From: an uncultured bacterium
Lineage (GTDB): Bacteria > Patescibacteriota > Gracilibacteria > UBA1369 > PNNO01
Assembly (NCBI GenBank): GCA_963704705.1
Contig: OY969931.1
Span: 60,001 to 92,000 of the forward strand
Length of the DNA stretch: 32,000 bases
Direction of reading: 5' to 3'
Part shown: piece by piece, positions 8,201-16,366 of the stretch
How positions within the stretch are numbered: the stretch's first letter is position 1
Layout of the letters: every line of letters starts with the position of its first letter
Translations under genes and position numbers: made by a program
The notes under the pieces: generated by a model
The model's database searches: none
The model's input: only the letters and a program-made list of their open reading frames with translations
What the model was told of the DNA's origin: nothing

Positions 8201-8437
8201 AATCACTTTTTCTACAAAATATGCGTTAACAGGCAAAAAATAAATTTTATCAGCAAGTTCTTTTGAAGTTTGATTTGTAGCAATATTGGGATTAACCAAA
8301 ACCGTTTTAATCTTTTCTTCACGGCATGCTTTTATGGCTTGCGCTCCGGAATAATCAAACTCCCCTGCTTCCCCTATTTTTAGGGCTCCTGATCCAAGGA
8401 CCAAAACTTTTTTTATTTTGTGTGATTTTGTCGGCAT
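5225..8437 (-). CDS. carB: Carbamoyl-phosphate synthase large subunit
   Basis: 1070 aa. The N-terminus is KKVLVLGSGALKIGEAGEFDYSGAQA. Two ATP-grasp halves are present (second: KKVIVLGSGSYSIGSSVEFDWC), followed by a C-terminal MGS-like domain. Length and motifs are canonical. Confidence 0.97.
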   Translation of the reverse strand: MPTKSHKIKKVLVLGSGALKIGEAGEFDYSGAQAIKACREEKIKTVLVNPNIATNQTSKELADKIYFLPVNAYFVEKVIAKENPDGILLAFGGQTALNCGVELFENGVLKKHNVKVLGTPVETIQNTEDRELFNKELTKIGVKMPKSVACTNEDQAYKAAEKIGYPLIIRAAFALGGKGSGFAYNKQELKALLKTAFAYSPQILVEENLKGWKEVEYEVVRDKADNCITVCNMENFDPLGIHTGESIVVAPSQTLTNSEYHKLRDLSIKTIRHLGIIGECNIQFALDPESEDYRVIEVNARLSRSSALASKATGYPLAHIAAKLALGYTLPELKNAVTQTTVACFEPALDYLALKIPRWDLQKFQRVSQEITSEMKSVGEIMALGRSFEEVMQKGLRMLQVGFYGLVANKHVELKTKNLAKEIAVPTPKRIIAIAEALRKGWTVKRINKLSGIDPWFLEKLKNIVHTEEKLKNKRKLDKELLLTSKKQGFSDAQIANLTKNNEHDIRKLRKQLGIEPVIKQIDTMAAEWPAKTNYLYLTYHGDKDDVKPSKRKKVIVLGSGSYSIGSSVEFDWCCVTALQTVGKQGYETIMINYNPETVSTDYDISDKLYFDELSVERVLDIYEKEKPDGVILSAGGQIPNNIATKLKEAGVKVLGTDPKNIDRAENRHKFSEMLDKLKVDQPQWKELNRMPEAIRFAKKVKYPVLVRPSYVLSGAAMRVAHNKESLIDFLETATRVSPDAPVVISKFEIGAKEIEIDAVAYKGRLVIYAIAEHIEHAGVHSGDATIVLPPQKLYIETIRRIKNITKQIAKELDISGPFNIQFLAKANEVKVIECNLRASRSFPFSSKVTGYNFIEIATKAMLNMRDAKDLNRTDYKTLDLDYVGVKAPQFSFSRLKGADPVLGVEMASTGEVACFGKTLQAALLKAMISVGFTIPKKNILLSVGRIEDKAELLESAKILQNLDYNLFATEGTSKFLNENGVKNSLVHKVSTGKSPNLLDYLEQKKLDLVIDIPKNYTRREQTDGYIIRRTAIDMNIPLLTNVQVAKMLIEAFAKYKLEDLEIMEWGEYV

Positions 8438-8441
8438 TTAT

Positions 8442-9866
8442 TTAAAAAATTAAAATAAGCAGCAAAGGAATAATAGCAAATCCTGCGATATATTTTAGAA
8501 TATTCCCTCGCCTCATTTTAATAACATGGGTTGATAAATATTTTGTAGTTTTGTATATAAGTGTGCATCCATAATTTCCAAAAATAAAAATTACCCCAAC
8601 AGCTGCAATCATCGAAAGTACAACACCTCCCGCAATTGCATAAGGCTGAGAATTTGCGAATGAAGCGAATAAAACATCAATAAAAGTTGCAACCGAGGTC
8701 CCTATCAAATAAGGAATTGCCTGTTTTAATTTTACTATTTGGGCAACCGCAAGCGGAACCATAATCGTTGTTAATAATGATGCACTTGGAATTATTATTG
8801 TAAGTCCAAGCCCGATTCCAAATGCTTTCCAGTGATTTCCCAAGAATTTTTCCATAATCGCACGGGCGTGTTTTCGGCCTCCCAAAAACACAAATACACT
8901 TTTTCCAACCCTTCCCAAACTAAAGATCAAAAGCCCTATACCAACAAGTATTCCAAGAGGGATCGGCCATAAATCAAACCGCACTAAACTAAGTAAAGGT
9001 GCCGTGATCACTGATAATAGATCAGGAATTTCTCTGAATGCCGGAAAATTCGTAGCCCATCTCGCAATAACCTCTCCTGAATTCGTAAAAAATCCGGTTG
9101 GAATTTCAATTAATAAAACTATTATCGTTAAAAATATTGAATAAACAATATTGGCAAGTCCCAGCTCAAAACCCCTTCTTAACTGCCAGTGGTCTTTTGT
9201 TTTTATTACCAATGAAGCAAGCACAGGGGTTAATGGGTTTCCAAGTGAAATTCCAAGAAGTATATAAAATCCTATATCAAATGACATAATTTTTGCGCCC
9301 ACCAAAGAATTTGCGAGAATAGCTATTACAGAGCCGGATTGAACTATGACGGTTGTTAGCCAGCCAGCACCAAACGCACTAACATCATTATTAACCGTAT
9401 ATGTAATTGCTTCAATAGTGCCCGAGCTTAAAGCCAATGCAACTTCTTTTATTATAATTACCGATAAAATAAACAAATATAGAACCCCTACCAATTCCAA
9501 AAAATTGATAATTTTTCTTCTTGTTGAATAAACCCGTGCTTTTACTGAAATTAATTCATTTCTTGCTTTCGCAATTTCCGCAGCGGTTGCTTTTTCAACA
9601 TTTTTATTGGCTTTTTCCGCTTCTTTGTTGATTTTTACCTGTTTATTTGTAAATATTTTCCATACTTTTTTGGCTTCTTTTTCAATCTCTTTAAGTGCCT
9701 CATCTTTTTTTTCTTCTACTTCTTTAAGCTTATTAACTTTTTTATTTTCGATTTTGTTTTTTGTTTTTTCCAATACAGACTTGGCTCTAGCAGTAACCTT
9801 TGCCAATTCTTCTTTCTTTTCAGCAAGCTCTTCTACTAATTCTTTTTTAGTTTTTTTATTATTCAT
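8442..9866 (-). CDS. Na/Pi-cotransporter-family-like membrane protein with a ~120-aa Lys/Glu-rich N-terminal extension
   Basis: Two internal repeats resemble the Na_Pi_cotrans signature: GAGWLTTVIVQSGSVIAILANSLVGA...LLGISLGNPLTP and GLGLTIIIPSASLLTTIMVPL...LIGTSVATFI. The protein is polytopic. Its stop lies 5 nt upstream of the carB start. Confidence 0.6.
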   Translation of the reverse strand: MNNKKTKKELVEELAEKKEELAKVTARAKSVLEKTKNKIENKKVNKLKEVEEKKDEALKEIEKEAKKVWKIFTNKQVKINKEAEKANKNVEKATAAEIAKARNELISVKARVYSTRRKIINFLELVGVLYLFILSVIIIKEVALALSSGTIEAITYTVNNDVSAFGAGWLTTVIVQSGSVIAILANSLVGAKIMSFDIGFYILLGISLGNPLTPVLASLVIKTKDHWQLRRGFELGLANIVYSIFLTIIVLLIEIPTGFFTNSGEVIARWATNFPAFREIPDLLSVITAPLLSLVRFDLWPIPLGILVGIGLLIFSLGRVGKSVFVFLGGRKHARAIMEKFLGNHWKAFGIGLGLTIIIPSASLLTTIMVPLAVAQIVKLKQAIPYLIGTSVATFIDVLFASFANSQPYAIAGGVVLSMIAAVGVIFIFGNYGCTLIYKTTKYLSTHVIKMRRGNILKYIAGFAIIPLLLILIF

Positions 9867-9868
9867 GA

Positions 9869-10273
9869 TTACGCGGCATTTTTATCAGACTGCAACATTC
9901 CAAAGGTATTTCCTTCTGTATCCTGGACAACAGCATTCCATCCAATCCCTTTTATCGGCATTTTAGGCATTAAAACAGTACCTCCAAGCTCTTCAAGTTT
10001 TGCCAGATATTTATCAATATCCTCAACTGAAATATAATTTATTATTCCTGTGCTTGGATTTTCCTGCTTCATCATACCGCCATTTATACCCCGCCCCTTA
10101 ACCATATTGTTTTCATCAACAGGCAAAGTATAAACCATTCTGTAATCTTCAAATCCAGGAGCAGATTTTATGTCCCATCCAAATAATTGTTTATAAAAAT
10201 TAGTCGCCCTTTCCATATCACTTGCGGGAATCTCGAAGTGAACGGGCGAATGTAAGGGTTCTTGAGGATTCAT
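9869..10273 (-). CDS. VOC (glyoxalase/bleomycin-resistance/dioxygenase) family protein
   Basis: HFEIPASDMERATNFYKQLFGWDI is a typical VOC N-terminal beta-alpha-beta motif. I prefer the internal start MNPQEPL (ATG at 10273) because the track start at 10327 runs into the tRNA terminator region. Confidence 0.75.
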   Translation of the reverse strand: MNPQEPLHSPVHFEIPASDMERATNFYKQLFGWDIKSAPGFEDYRMVYTLPVDENNMVKGRGINGGMMKQENPSTGIINYISVEDIDKYLAKLEELGGTVLMPKMPIKGIGWNAVVQDTEGNTFGMLQSDKNAA

Positions 10274-10331
10274 AGTAATTGAATTAAGTTCGATTATTAT
10301 CTTAGCTTTTTTGTGGATTTTTCTCAATAAA

Positions 10332-10359
10332 CAAAAAAGAGCTCGCTTTCACTCGCTCT
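10332..10359 (-). terminator. Possible intrinsic terminator downstream of tRNA-Ser
   Basis: On the minus strand, directly after the tRNA 3' end, lies AGAGC-(12 nt)-GCTCT followed by TTTTTT. The stem is short, so this is a weak call. Confidence 0.3.
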
Positions 10360-10361
10360 GG

Positions 10362-10454
10362 TGGCGGAGAGGGGGGGATTCGAACCCCCGCGGCAACATA
10401 AGTCACCCTACAAGATTAGCAATCCCGCCTCTTCAGCCACTTGAGTACCTCTCC
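10362..10454 (-). tRNA. tRNA-Ser (anticodon GCU), type II with a long variable arm and encoded CCA
   Basis: Folded by hand from the reverse complement. Acceptor GGAGAGG/CCUCUCC; D arm CUC-AAGUGGCUGAA-GAG; anticodon stem CGGGA/UCUUG with loop UUGCUAA. The variable arm is about 21 nt with GGUGAC/GUUGCC pairing. T arm GGGGG-UUCGAAU-CCCCC; discriminator G; CCA. Confidence 0.9.
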
Positions 10455-10521
10455 GCGATAATCAAAATGGATTGCATAAAGAAGTCTACTTATAGAAGGG
10501 ATAATTGTAAAGATTAAGCTT

Positions 10522-10869
10522 CTAAAAAGTGCTTAAGCGGCTAATAACATCATTACATAGACTTGAAAGTTCACTTTCATGAACAGCAAAGCAGCTACTA
10601 AAAGTTTTAATTTGAATAATTAATTGTTGAAAAAATACTGCAAATTTAGTTTTGTCTGTTTTTTCTTCAAACATTGAGTCTAATACATCAAGTGAATTAA
10701 CTAACTTACGGGCAAGTTCAACGTTCTTGTTGGCAAGCCGTGGACAAATTGTATTTAAATCCTTAATTATTTTAGCAACTTTTTCAATGTCAGTTTCGCT
10801 GAGCGATCCATTCTCTGTCGGCACTTGAGCTAGTTCTGTTGCAAATTCAGCTGATCTTCCTGTAAACAT
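10522..10869 (-). CDS. Hypothetical small helical protein
   Basis: 115-aa ORF filling the gap between the tRNA and the aminotransferase. No recognisable motif. Confidence 0.5.
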   Translation of the reverse strand: MFTGRSAEFATELAQVPTENGSLSETDIEKVAKIIKDLNTICPRLANKNVELARKLVNSLDVLDSMFEEKTDKTKFAVFFQQLIIQIKTFSSCFAVHESELSSLCNDVISRLSTF

Positions 10870-10934
10870 ATATCATATCAAATTATAGAAATCTAATTAT
10901 GACAAAAGGATGACAATTTGTCAATGAGTAAATT

Positions 10935-12116
10935 TTAAAATCTTTTCATGTAGTCCCCAATATGATTGCAGGCTTTTTCAAGTACATTTTCATTTGGAAG
11001 CAAAACTATTCTAAAATGTCTGGGGCACCCGAATCCGCTTCCGTGCACTGTAACAACTCCTGTTTGTTCAATTAAACCTTCAACCCATTTTTTATCATCA
11101 ACGTTCCGTTCAATTTTAGGAAAGGCATAGAACGCGCCTTTTGGACTTACGCAGCTTATGCCATCAATTCCATTAAGTATGTCCATACTTATGTTGCGTC
11201 TTTTTTCAAGCTTATCAATGGCTTCTTTTATATGATCCTGAGGCCCTTCCAAAGCTGGTTTTATTGCAAACTGCATAGGATGATTTGAACATAAACGCGC
11301 ACGCGTAAATTTATTTATTGCATTTGTGTAATCTTCACAAATTTCATTTGGACCACTAACTATTGCCCATCCGATGCGCCAACCCGGAGCCATATAATTT
11401 TTTGAAATCCCATTAAAAGTTACAAAACAAATATCGTCGGCTAATGAAGCTATCGAGATATGCTCAGCACCATCAAATAAAAGACGATCATAAATTTCAT
11501 CGCTGTAAATAACCAAATTGTGTTTTCGGGCCACTTCAATAATTTGCATCAAAGTTTCGCGGCTGCAAACCGAACCAGTTGGATTATTTGGATTAATCAA
11601 AACAATACCTTTTGTACGATCGTTGATTTTTGATTCCATGTCAGCAACATTTGGCTGCCAGTCATTTTCTTCGTCAAGTTTATATTTTATTTCTTTTCCT
11701 TCCAACTTGTTTATAATAGCTTCGTATAAAGGGTATCCTGGCGAAGGTGTTAATATATTATCACCGGGATTTAAAATTGAAGTCAGGCAAATTTCAATTG
11801 CTTCGCTTCCTCCATTTGTTATCACGACATCCTGAATATTTTTAATACCCTGACTTTCAGCACGCCTTTTAATTGCATCTAAAGCTTCATCGATTCCACT
11901 TGAATCTGAGTAACCGTTAAAACCTTCGTTCATGGCTTTACTCACTGCTTCTATCATGTGCATAGGAGTTTTAAAATCGTATTTTAGAGGGTCGCCAATG
12001 TTTAACCACATCATTTCTTTGCCCAAAGCAGCAGTTTTTTTTGCCAGCACAACAATATCCCGAACAGCGTAAGTTACGTTTTCGGTTCTGTGTGAAGGGA
12101 TTATTTTAGAAGGCAT
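10935..12116 (-). CDS. Class I/II pyridoxal-phosphate aminotransferase (alanine/aspartate aminotransferase-like)
   Basis: 393 aa with LINPNNPTG, the PLP-lysine context FNGISKNYMAPGWRIGW, and a typical fold-type I length. Confidence 0.9.
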   Translation of the reverse strand: MPSKIIPSHRTENVTYAVRDIVVLAKKTAALGKEMMWLNIGDPLKYDFKTPMHMIEAVSKAMNEGFNGYSDSSGIDEALDAIKRRAESQGIKNIQDVVITNGGSEAIEICLTSILNPGDNILTPSPGYPLYEAIINKLEGKEIKYKLDEENDWQPNVADMESKINDRTKGIVLINPNNPTGSVCSRETLMQIIEVARKHNLVIYSDEIYDRLLFDGAEHISIASLADDICFVTFNGISKNYMAPGWRIGWAIVSGPNEICEDYTNAINKFTRARLCSNHPMQFAIKPALEGPQDHIKEAIDKLEKRRNISMDILNGIDGISCVSPKGAFYAFPKIERNVDDKKWVEGLIEQTGVVTVHGSGFGCPRHFRIVLLPNENVLEKACNHIGDYMKRF

Positions 12117-12166
12117 AAAATTCAGGTTATTATACTAACCCAAATATACCAAATTAAATTTTAATA

Positions 12167-12412
12167 CTAAAGCTCAGGTATTTTTTTAACCTTTCTGCCC
12201 TTAAGTATAACCTCGGCTTCTTGCCTTGTACGTCTTAATTCTGCAATCAATTTATCATGTCGGGGGTTATCATGCAGGGTTTTTTCAAGTGATTCTTTTT
12301 CACTTATTAATTTAAGCAATTCATTGTTACTCATCTTTCTAAATGGATGACTTCTGTCCGGGTTGATCTCTTCAAGAGGACCGTCGAATTTAGGAGTGCC
12401 TTTATCTTTCAT
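12167..12412 (-). CDS. Hypothetical small charged protein
   Basis: 81-aa ORF with no recognisable motif. Confidence 0.45.
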   Translation of the reverse strand: MKDKGTPKFDGPLEEINPDRSHPFRKMSNNELLKLISEKESLEKTLHDNPRHDKLIAELRRTRQEAEVILKGRKVKKIPEL

Positions 12413-12477
12413 ATCATGAGGTTAAATACAAGGTTAGTATTTTATTGAAAAAAAACTTTAAGTCAATCTTTTTTGAA

Positions 12478-12505
12478 TTTGACTTTACTAATCCAGCTTA
12501 TATAA
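12478..12505 (+). promoter_or_regulatory. Putative sigma70-type promoter for the 12531 gene
   Basis: TTGACT (12478-12483), a 16-nt spacer, then TATAAA (12500-12505), 25 nt upstream of the ATG. The AT-rich background makes chance matches likely. Confidence 0.3.
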
Positions 12506-12530
12506 AATCAAAACTCTAACTAAATAAATT

Positions 12531-13313
12531 ATGGAAAAATCAGGGGATGAGATCTATGATGGCCAGGTCGTTTTGGTTGCACAAGGAGACATAGAGAAAA
12601 GTGACGCCAGATATTATCATCGAGGAATTGCGATTACAGAAGTATATAAGACTTTAAATCGCTCAAAAGATTTACTTAGAATTGAGCAACTGGGCTTAAG
12701 TCCTGAGCTTGTCCAAGGATTATTTCCTAAACTCGACAAACAAATCAAGGCTCTAAAACACGAGCTTGGAGAAGAGGTCGTTGATATTCTTTTAAAAGGC
12801 AGACTTAAAGTCTTGGTTTTACTGGATTCGCCTGCTGGAATAATTGCCAGTTCTGATCATCGCAAGGAATTGCTTAAAATGATTCAAAGAAGAGAAGGAG
12901 CCAAAGGAAGTGTTGATGCTTATTTAAAGTATGCTTCCGGAGGTGCAGCTGAAATATTTTTACAATCGGATGAAAGAATAATTACGCCTGATTCTTTGCT
13001 TTGCCCATCTTTTTATACCAAGGGAGACGAAGAATTTAATGAGTCAAGAAATTTTGATTTAAGCCTTGCTATGACAGCAAAAGCTCCCAGCAACATTCGT
13101 GGTGATTTGGAGACAAGAATAAAAGAAATTCTTGAAAACAAATACGGCGGTGATTCAATGCTTTTTGATGCGCAAGAAATGATGCATTTTGGTCTTGCAA
13201 CAAAGACCGTGGATTCATTAAGAGAAGAGTTTGTGAAAAGAAGTGGAATTACATTGCTTCCTGACAAATTATCAGGTGAGTTTGAACAGAAGGTTAATCA
13301 GTTTTTTCGATAA
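12531..13313 (+). CDS. Hypothetical protein
   Basis: 260-aa ORF with no recognisable domain. Its 3' end overlaps the convergent SRAP gene by 20 nt. Confidence 0.6.
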   Translation: MEKSGDEIYDGQVVLVAQGDIEKSDARYYHRGIAITEVYKTLNRSKDLLRIEQLGLSPELVQGLFPKLDKQIKALKHELGEEVVDILLKGRLKVLVLLDSPAGIIASSDHRKELLKMIQRREGAKGSVDAYLKYASGGAAEIFLQSDERIITPDSLLCPSFYTKGDEEFNESRNFDLSLAMTAKAPSNIRGDLETRIKEILENKYGGDSMLFDAQEMMHFGLATKTVDSLREEFVKRSGITLLPDKLSGEFEQKVNQFFR

Positions 13314-13989
13314 GCTCTTTATAAGTAAATGGCTTTAATACTTCAGAAACATTCCTATCAACACCCCTAGTTGTAATAAGTTTTGAAACAGTGTGAGCTG
13401 TCAAATTGTCGCCTTTATATGGGACTAATTCTACATCGCCTTCAAGCCAGATTCTTTCATTTTGAGTAGTCAAAATAACTGGCATTCGTTTTTTTGTATT
13501 GTGGATTTTTGCTAAAAGTTCATTAGCTTCGCATGTAATTATAGTGAAAGTTTTTTTGATTTCACCAGTTTGAGGATTTGTCCATGGCTCCCATAAACCC
13601 GCCAAAGCAAAGGGTTCTTCATTTTTCATAAAAATATAATATGGATATTTTTTCCCATTTACATCTCGCCATTCAAAAAATCCATCTACAAGAACAAGGC
13701 AATGATTATGTTTAGCCGCATGTTTAAACGAAGGTTTACTGTAAATAGTTTCAGCTCGTGCATTGCAGGTGTGATTCTGAATATCTTCATCTTTTGCCCA
13801 TGGCGGAATAAGTCCCCAATTTGCCATTTGAATTATCGTGGAATTCTCATTTAAAATAACCGGATGATTTGGATGATTGAATGCATTGGAATAAAAAATT
13901 GTTTTAATATTTTTTGGTTCTGCGAATTTAGCATTGAATCTTTTCTCGGTTTTCTTTTGAGAAGATTTTAGGGATACCGTAAAGCACAT
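13294..13989 (-). CDS. SOS response-associated peptidase (SRAP/YedK-like abasic-site processing protein)
   Basis: Met-Cys at the N-terminus (MCFTV), giving the catalytic Cys2. Also FNARAET-like NARAETI, GFFEW, PFALAGLWE and RMPVIL motifs, with a typical ~230 aa length. Confidence 0.8.
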   Translation of the reverse strand: MCFTVSLKSSQKKTEKRFNAKFAEPKNIKTIFYSNAFNHPNHPVILNENSTIIQMANWGLIPPWAKDEDIQNHTCNARAETIYSKPSFKHAAKHNHCLVLVDGFFEWRDVNGKKYPYYIFMKNEEPFALAGLWEPWTNPQTGEIKKTFTIITCEANELLAKIHNTKKRMPVILTTQNERIWLEGDVELVPYKGDNLTAHTVSKLITTRGVDRNVSEVLKPFTYKELIEKTD

Positions 13990-14053
13990 AAACTTGAAAG
14001 TAAGGTTAATTTATTATAGTATAATGACCTGAAAAAATTAACCTAAAATAATC

Positions 14054-14608
14054 ATGAAAAAATTAGTATCATTATTACTCTTTGTATTTATTTTAAGCGC
14101 TTGCGGCCCTACGGAACTTAAGGTGGGGCAGGTAATAGATTCCACTGCAAAAATAACAAGAAAGACTTACGAGCATCCGATTGATCCGCCATCCGGCTAC
14201 CAATTTGCAGCCTATGTAAGATTAAACGGCGAAGAAACTGTTTTTTATTCAAAAGATCCAATTAAATGTAGCTTGGGCCAAGATATTAAATTCAACGGAA
14301 GAGTACGCGATGCAAAAGCCATACCAGAAGGATCAGACAAACAAAAGGAAGAATTACATATTGTTTTAAACAGCTTTGAATGTACCGGGACCCCATATGA
14401 ACCTGAATCAACAGGTATTAATGTAAATGAAGTTGAAAATATATTTAAAAATAAAGTGGTTTATGGTACAGGTCTTGATGACCAGGATCCAAAACCATAT
14501 AAAGAAAACTGTGAAGCAAGAGGAGGCACTTTTAACGCGTGTGGCTCACCTTGCGACCCTGAAGCGGGAATTTGCGAAGAAGTATGTGCTTACACTTGTG
14601 ACTTCTAA
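14054..14608 (+). CDS. Lipoprotein with a Cys-rich C-terminus
   Basis: Signal peptide with lipobox MKKLVSLLLFVFILSAC. The C-terminus is CEARGGTFNACGSPCDPEAGICEEVCAYTCDF. Confidence 0.7.
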   Translation: MKKLVSLLLFVFILSACGPTELKVGQVIDSTAKITRKTYEHPIDPPSGYQFAAYVRLNGEETVFYSKDPIKCSLGQDIKFNGRVRDAKAIPEGSDKQKEELHIVLNSFECTGTPYEPESTGINVNEVENIFKNKVVYGTGLDDQDPKPYKENCEARGGTFNACGSPCDPEAGICEEVCAYTCDF

Positions 14609-15162
14609 GCACAATGATAAAAACTTATACAACTTTTTAATTTAGGATCATCTTGATCCATTTGTTCAATCTGTTCCTTAAGTGAATTTAATTTTTTTGC
14701 ATCACGAGCCATGTGCAAAGGTTTATTCAGCTTCTCAAACATGTCCAGAGTTCTCTGAATGCCTAATAAACAAAGAGCTTTGAACATTTCGTTTGGGATA
14801 GACCTTTGTATATTTGTAGCTTCTGATTCAGTTAAAGGGAAAATAAAACCTTTCCCGCCATCTTGCTTATTAATATCGTGCCCGTCATCCAACCCAAATT
14901 TAAGAGATTGATTTTCTTCTTGCAAAGCTATTCTGTTAACGCAAATCGATATTTTATCAAAATACAATTTTAAATATTCAAAATAATTTATTCGTGGATC
15001 ATCTGGGCTAAGTTTTCTCTGAAGAGAAGATAGTCTGAATTCAAGCCATTTTATTGTGGCTCTTTGTAATTCAACACATTCAATTTCATTATCCCTGCCC
15101 TGTTCCATATTTATTTTATAAAGGGATGTATCTTGAATGGTTTGCCAAATTTTGTCAAGCAT
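14605..15162 (-). CDS. Hypothetical helical protein
   Basis: 185-aa ORF with no recognisable motif. It overlaps the convergent lipoprotein gene by 4 nt. Confidence 0.55.
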   Translation of the reverse strand: MLDKIWQTIQDTSLYKINMEQGRDNEIECVELQRATIKWLEFRLSSLQRKLSPDDPRINYFEYLKLYFDKISICVNRIALQEENQSLKFGLDDGHDINKQDGGKGFIFPLTESEATNIQRSIPNEMFKALCLLGIQRTLDMFEKLNKPLHMARDAKKLNSLKEQIEQMDQDDPKLKSCISFYHCA

Positions 15163-15185
15163 TCTTTGGATTTATGAAAAAAGCA

Positions 15186-15992
15186 TTAAAGCTCATCTGG
15201 GGTAACCAAATCTTTATTAAGCAAAACCCCAAAATCCTCAAATGGAATATCCACATTAACGGGTCCAAGTGCATATGGCCCCACCTGATAAGGATCAAAA
15301 TTTATTGTAATTCCATTTGGACTAATCGAATAGCTTTGGAAATTTGCAGGATCAGCTCCTGCACCTTCTTCGATCCAATCACTGATAACGCCTGCATCAA
15401 CTTCCAATATTTCATATAATTTTGGTTTAACCAGTTCCGATAACACCATTGGAATATTTTGATCTCCGACAATAATATCAGTCCATTCAATTTTTTTATT
15501 ATTTTGGACATCCCAATTTACTGTTATTGAATATGTCATTGGATGCGCAGCCCCTACTGAATAAGTTTGATTCTGGAAGAGAACACTTATTATTTTAGAG
15601 TCATTTCTGATAATTCTATAATAATTTTCAAGATAACTTCGACTTATGCCCTCTGGTACCTCAAAATTTTCATCATTATATATGTCGGCAACCTGCTTTT
15701 TGAAAGCATCTACTTCGGTAATAGCAATATTTTTTAATAATTCATTTAATGTATCCTGGCCATCAAATTTTGGAAATTGAACATTGATGGAGTATTGATC
15801 TGTATCTTCGGTTATCGCACTTGTTATTGCCTGCCCATTATTAATAACGTCCGAAACAAATACATTCTCAGGATCAGGGGTCGCTGCAGTATCTTCGATT
15901 GTAACCTGCGTGTTGCTAATTTCTGTTTCAGGAACCGGCGTACATCCGATAAAAATAAATAATGCTGCGATTAATAAAATTAATTTTTTCAT
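15186..15992 (-). CDS. Lipoprotein, DUF4163/DUF3298 (RsiV/PdaC-like) type
   Basis: Lipobox MKKLILLIAALFIFIGC. The central YSVGAAHPMTY resembles the GxAHG signature of DUF3298 domains. Confidence 0.6.
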   Translation of the reverse strand: MKKLILLIAALFIFIGCTPVPETEISNTQVTIEDTAATPDPENVFVSDVINNGQAITSAITEDTDQYSINVQFPKFDGQDTLNELLKNIAITEVDAFKKQVADIYNDENFEVPEGISRSYLENYYRIIRNDSKIISVLFQNQTYSVGAAHPMTYSITVNWDVQNNKKIEWTDIIVGDQNIPMVLSELVKPKLYEILEVDAGVISDWIEEGAGADPANFQSYSISPNGITINFDPYQVGPYALGPVNVDIPFEDFGVLLNKDLVTPDEL

Positions 15993-16366
15993 GGCAAATT
16001 TGTTATTTTAATAATTCTATTATAGCTACACTGCAACAAAATGCGAATTTTTTCGTTATAATATAATGCGCTCACAAATTTTTTTATGGACACATTCACA
16101 TTCCAAAATTTTTGTTTTTATAAACGGCATTGGCATTTTAAGTGCCAAATGCCGCTGTAAATAATTTTAATATAGCAAGCGGCTCATAGCACTTATTTTT
16201 AGCTTAAATAAGCTGTTTTTTATATTATTTAATTTTATTTACCATGAGTAACTCAAATAGGGATAATACTCAAATCATCACAATTATAATTTTACTTTTA
16301 GAAATATTATATTCGATACTTGTTAAAATATTTGCTGCAACTAACTGAAAAACGTATAGTTACAAT

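Noticed and set aside
10311-10517. 68-aa plus-strand ORF
   Set aside because: It is read across the antisense of the tRNA-Ser gene and its flanks. The tRNA fold explains the sequence.
10328-10521. tRNA-Ser as an integration site for a genomic island or prophage
   Set aside because: There is no integrase, no direct repeat of the tRNA 3' end and no phage genes on either side. The neighbours are ordinary metabolic genes, and the RHS locus is 5 kb away beyond carB.
16131-16147. Sigma54-type promoter call for TGGCAT-N5-GTGCC / TGGCAC-N5-ATGCC
   Set aside because: The match arises on both strands only because the sequence is a palindrome. The -12 element deviates from TTGCA, and presence of rpoN cannot be assessed from this window. 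It is kept only as a remark within the intergenic-region finding.
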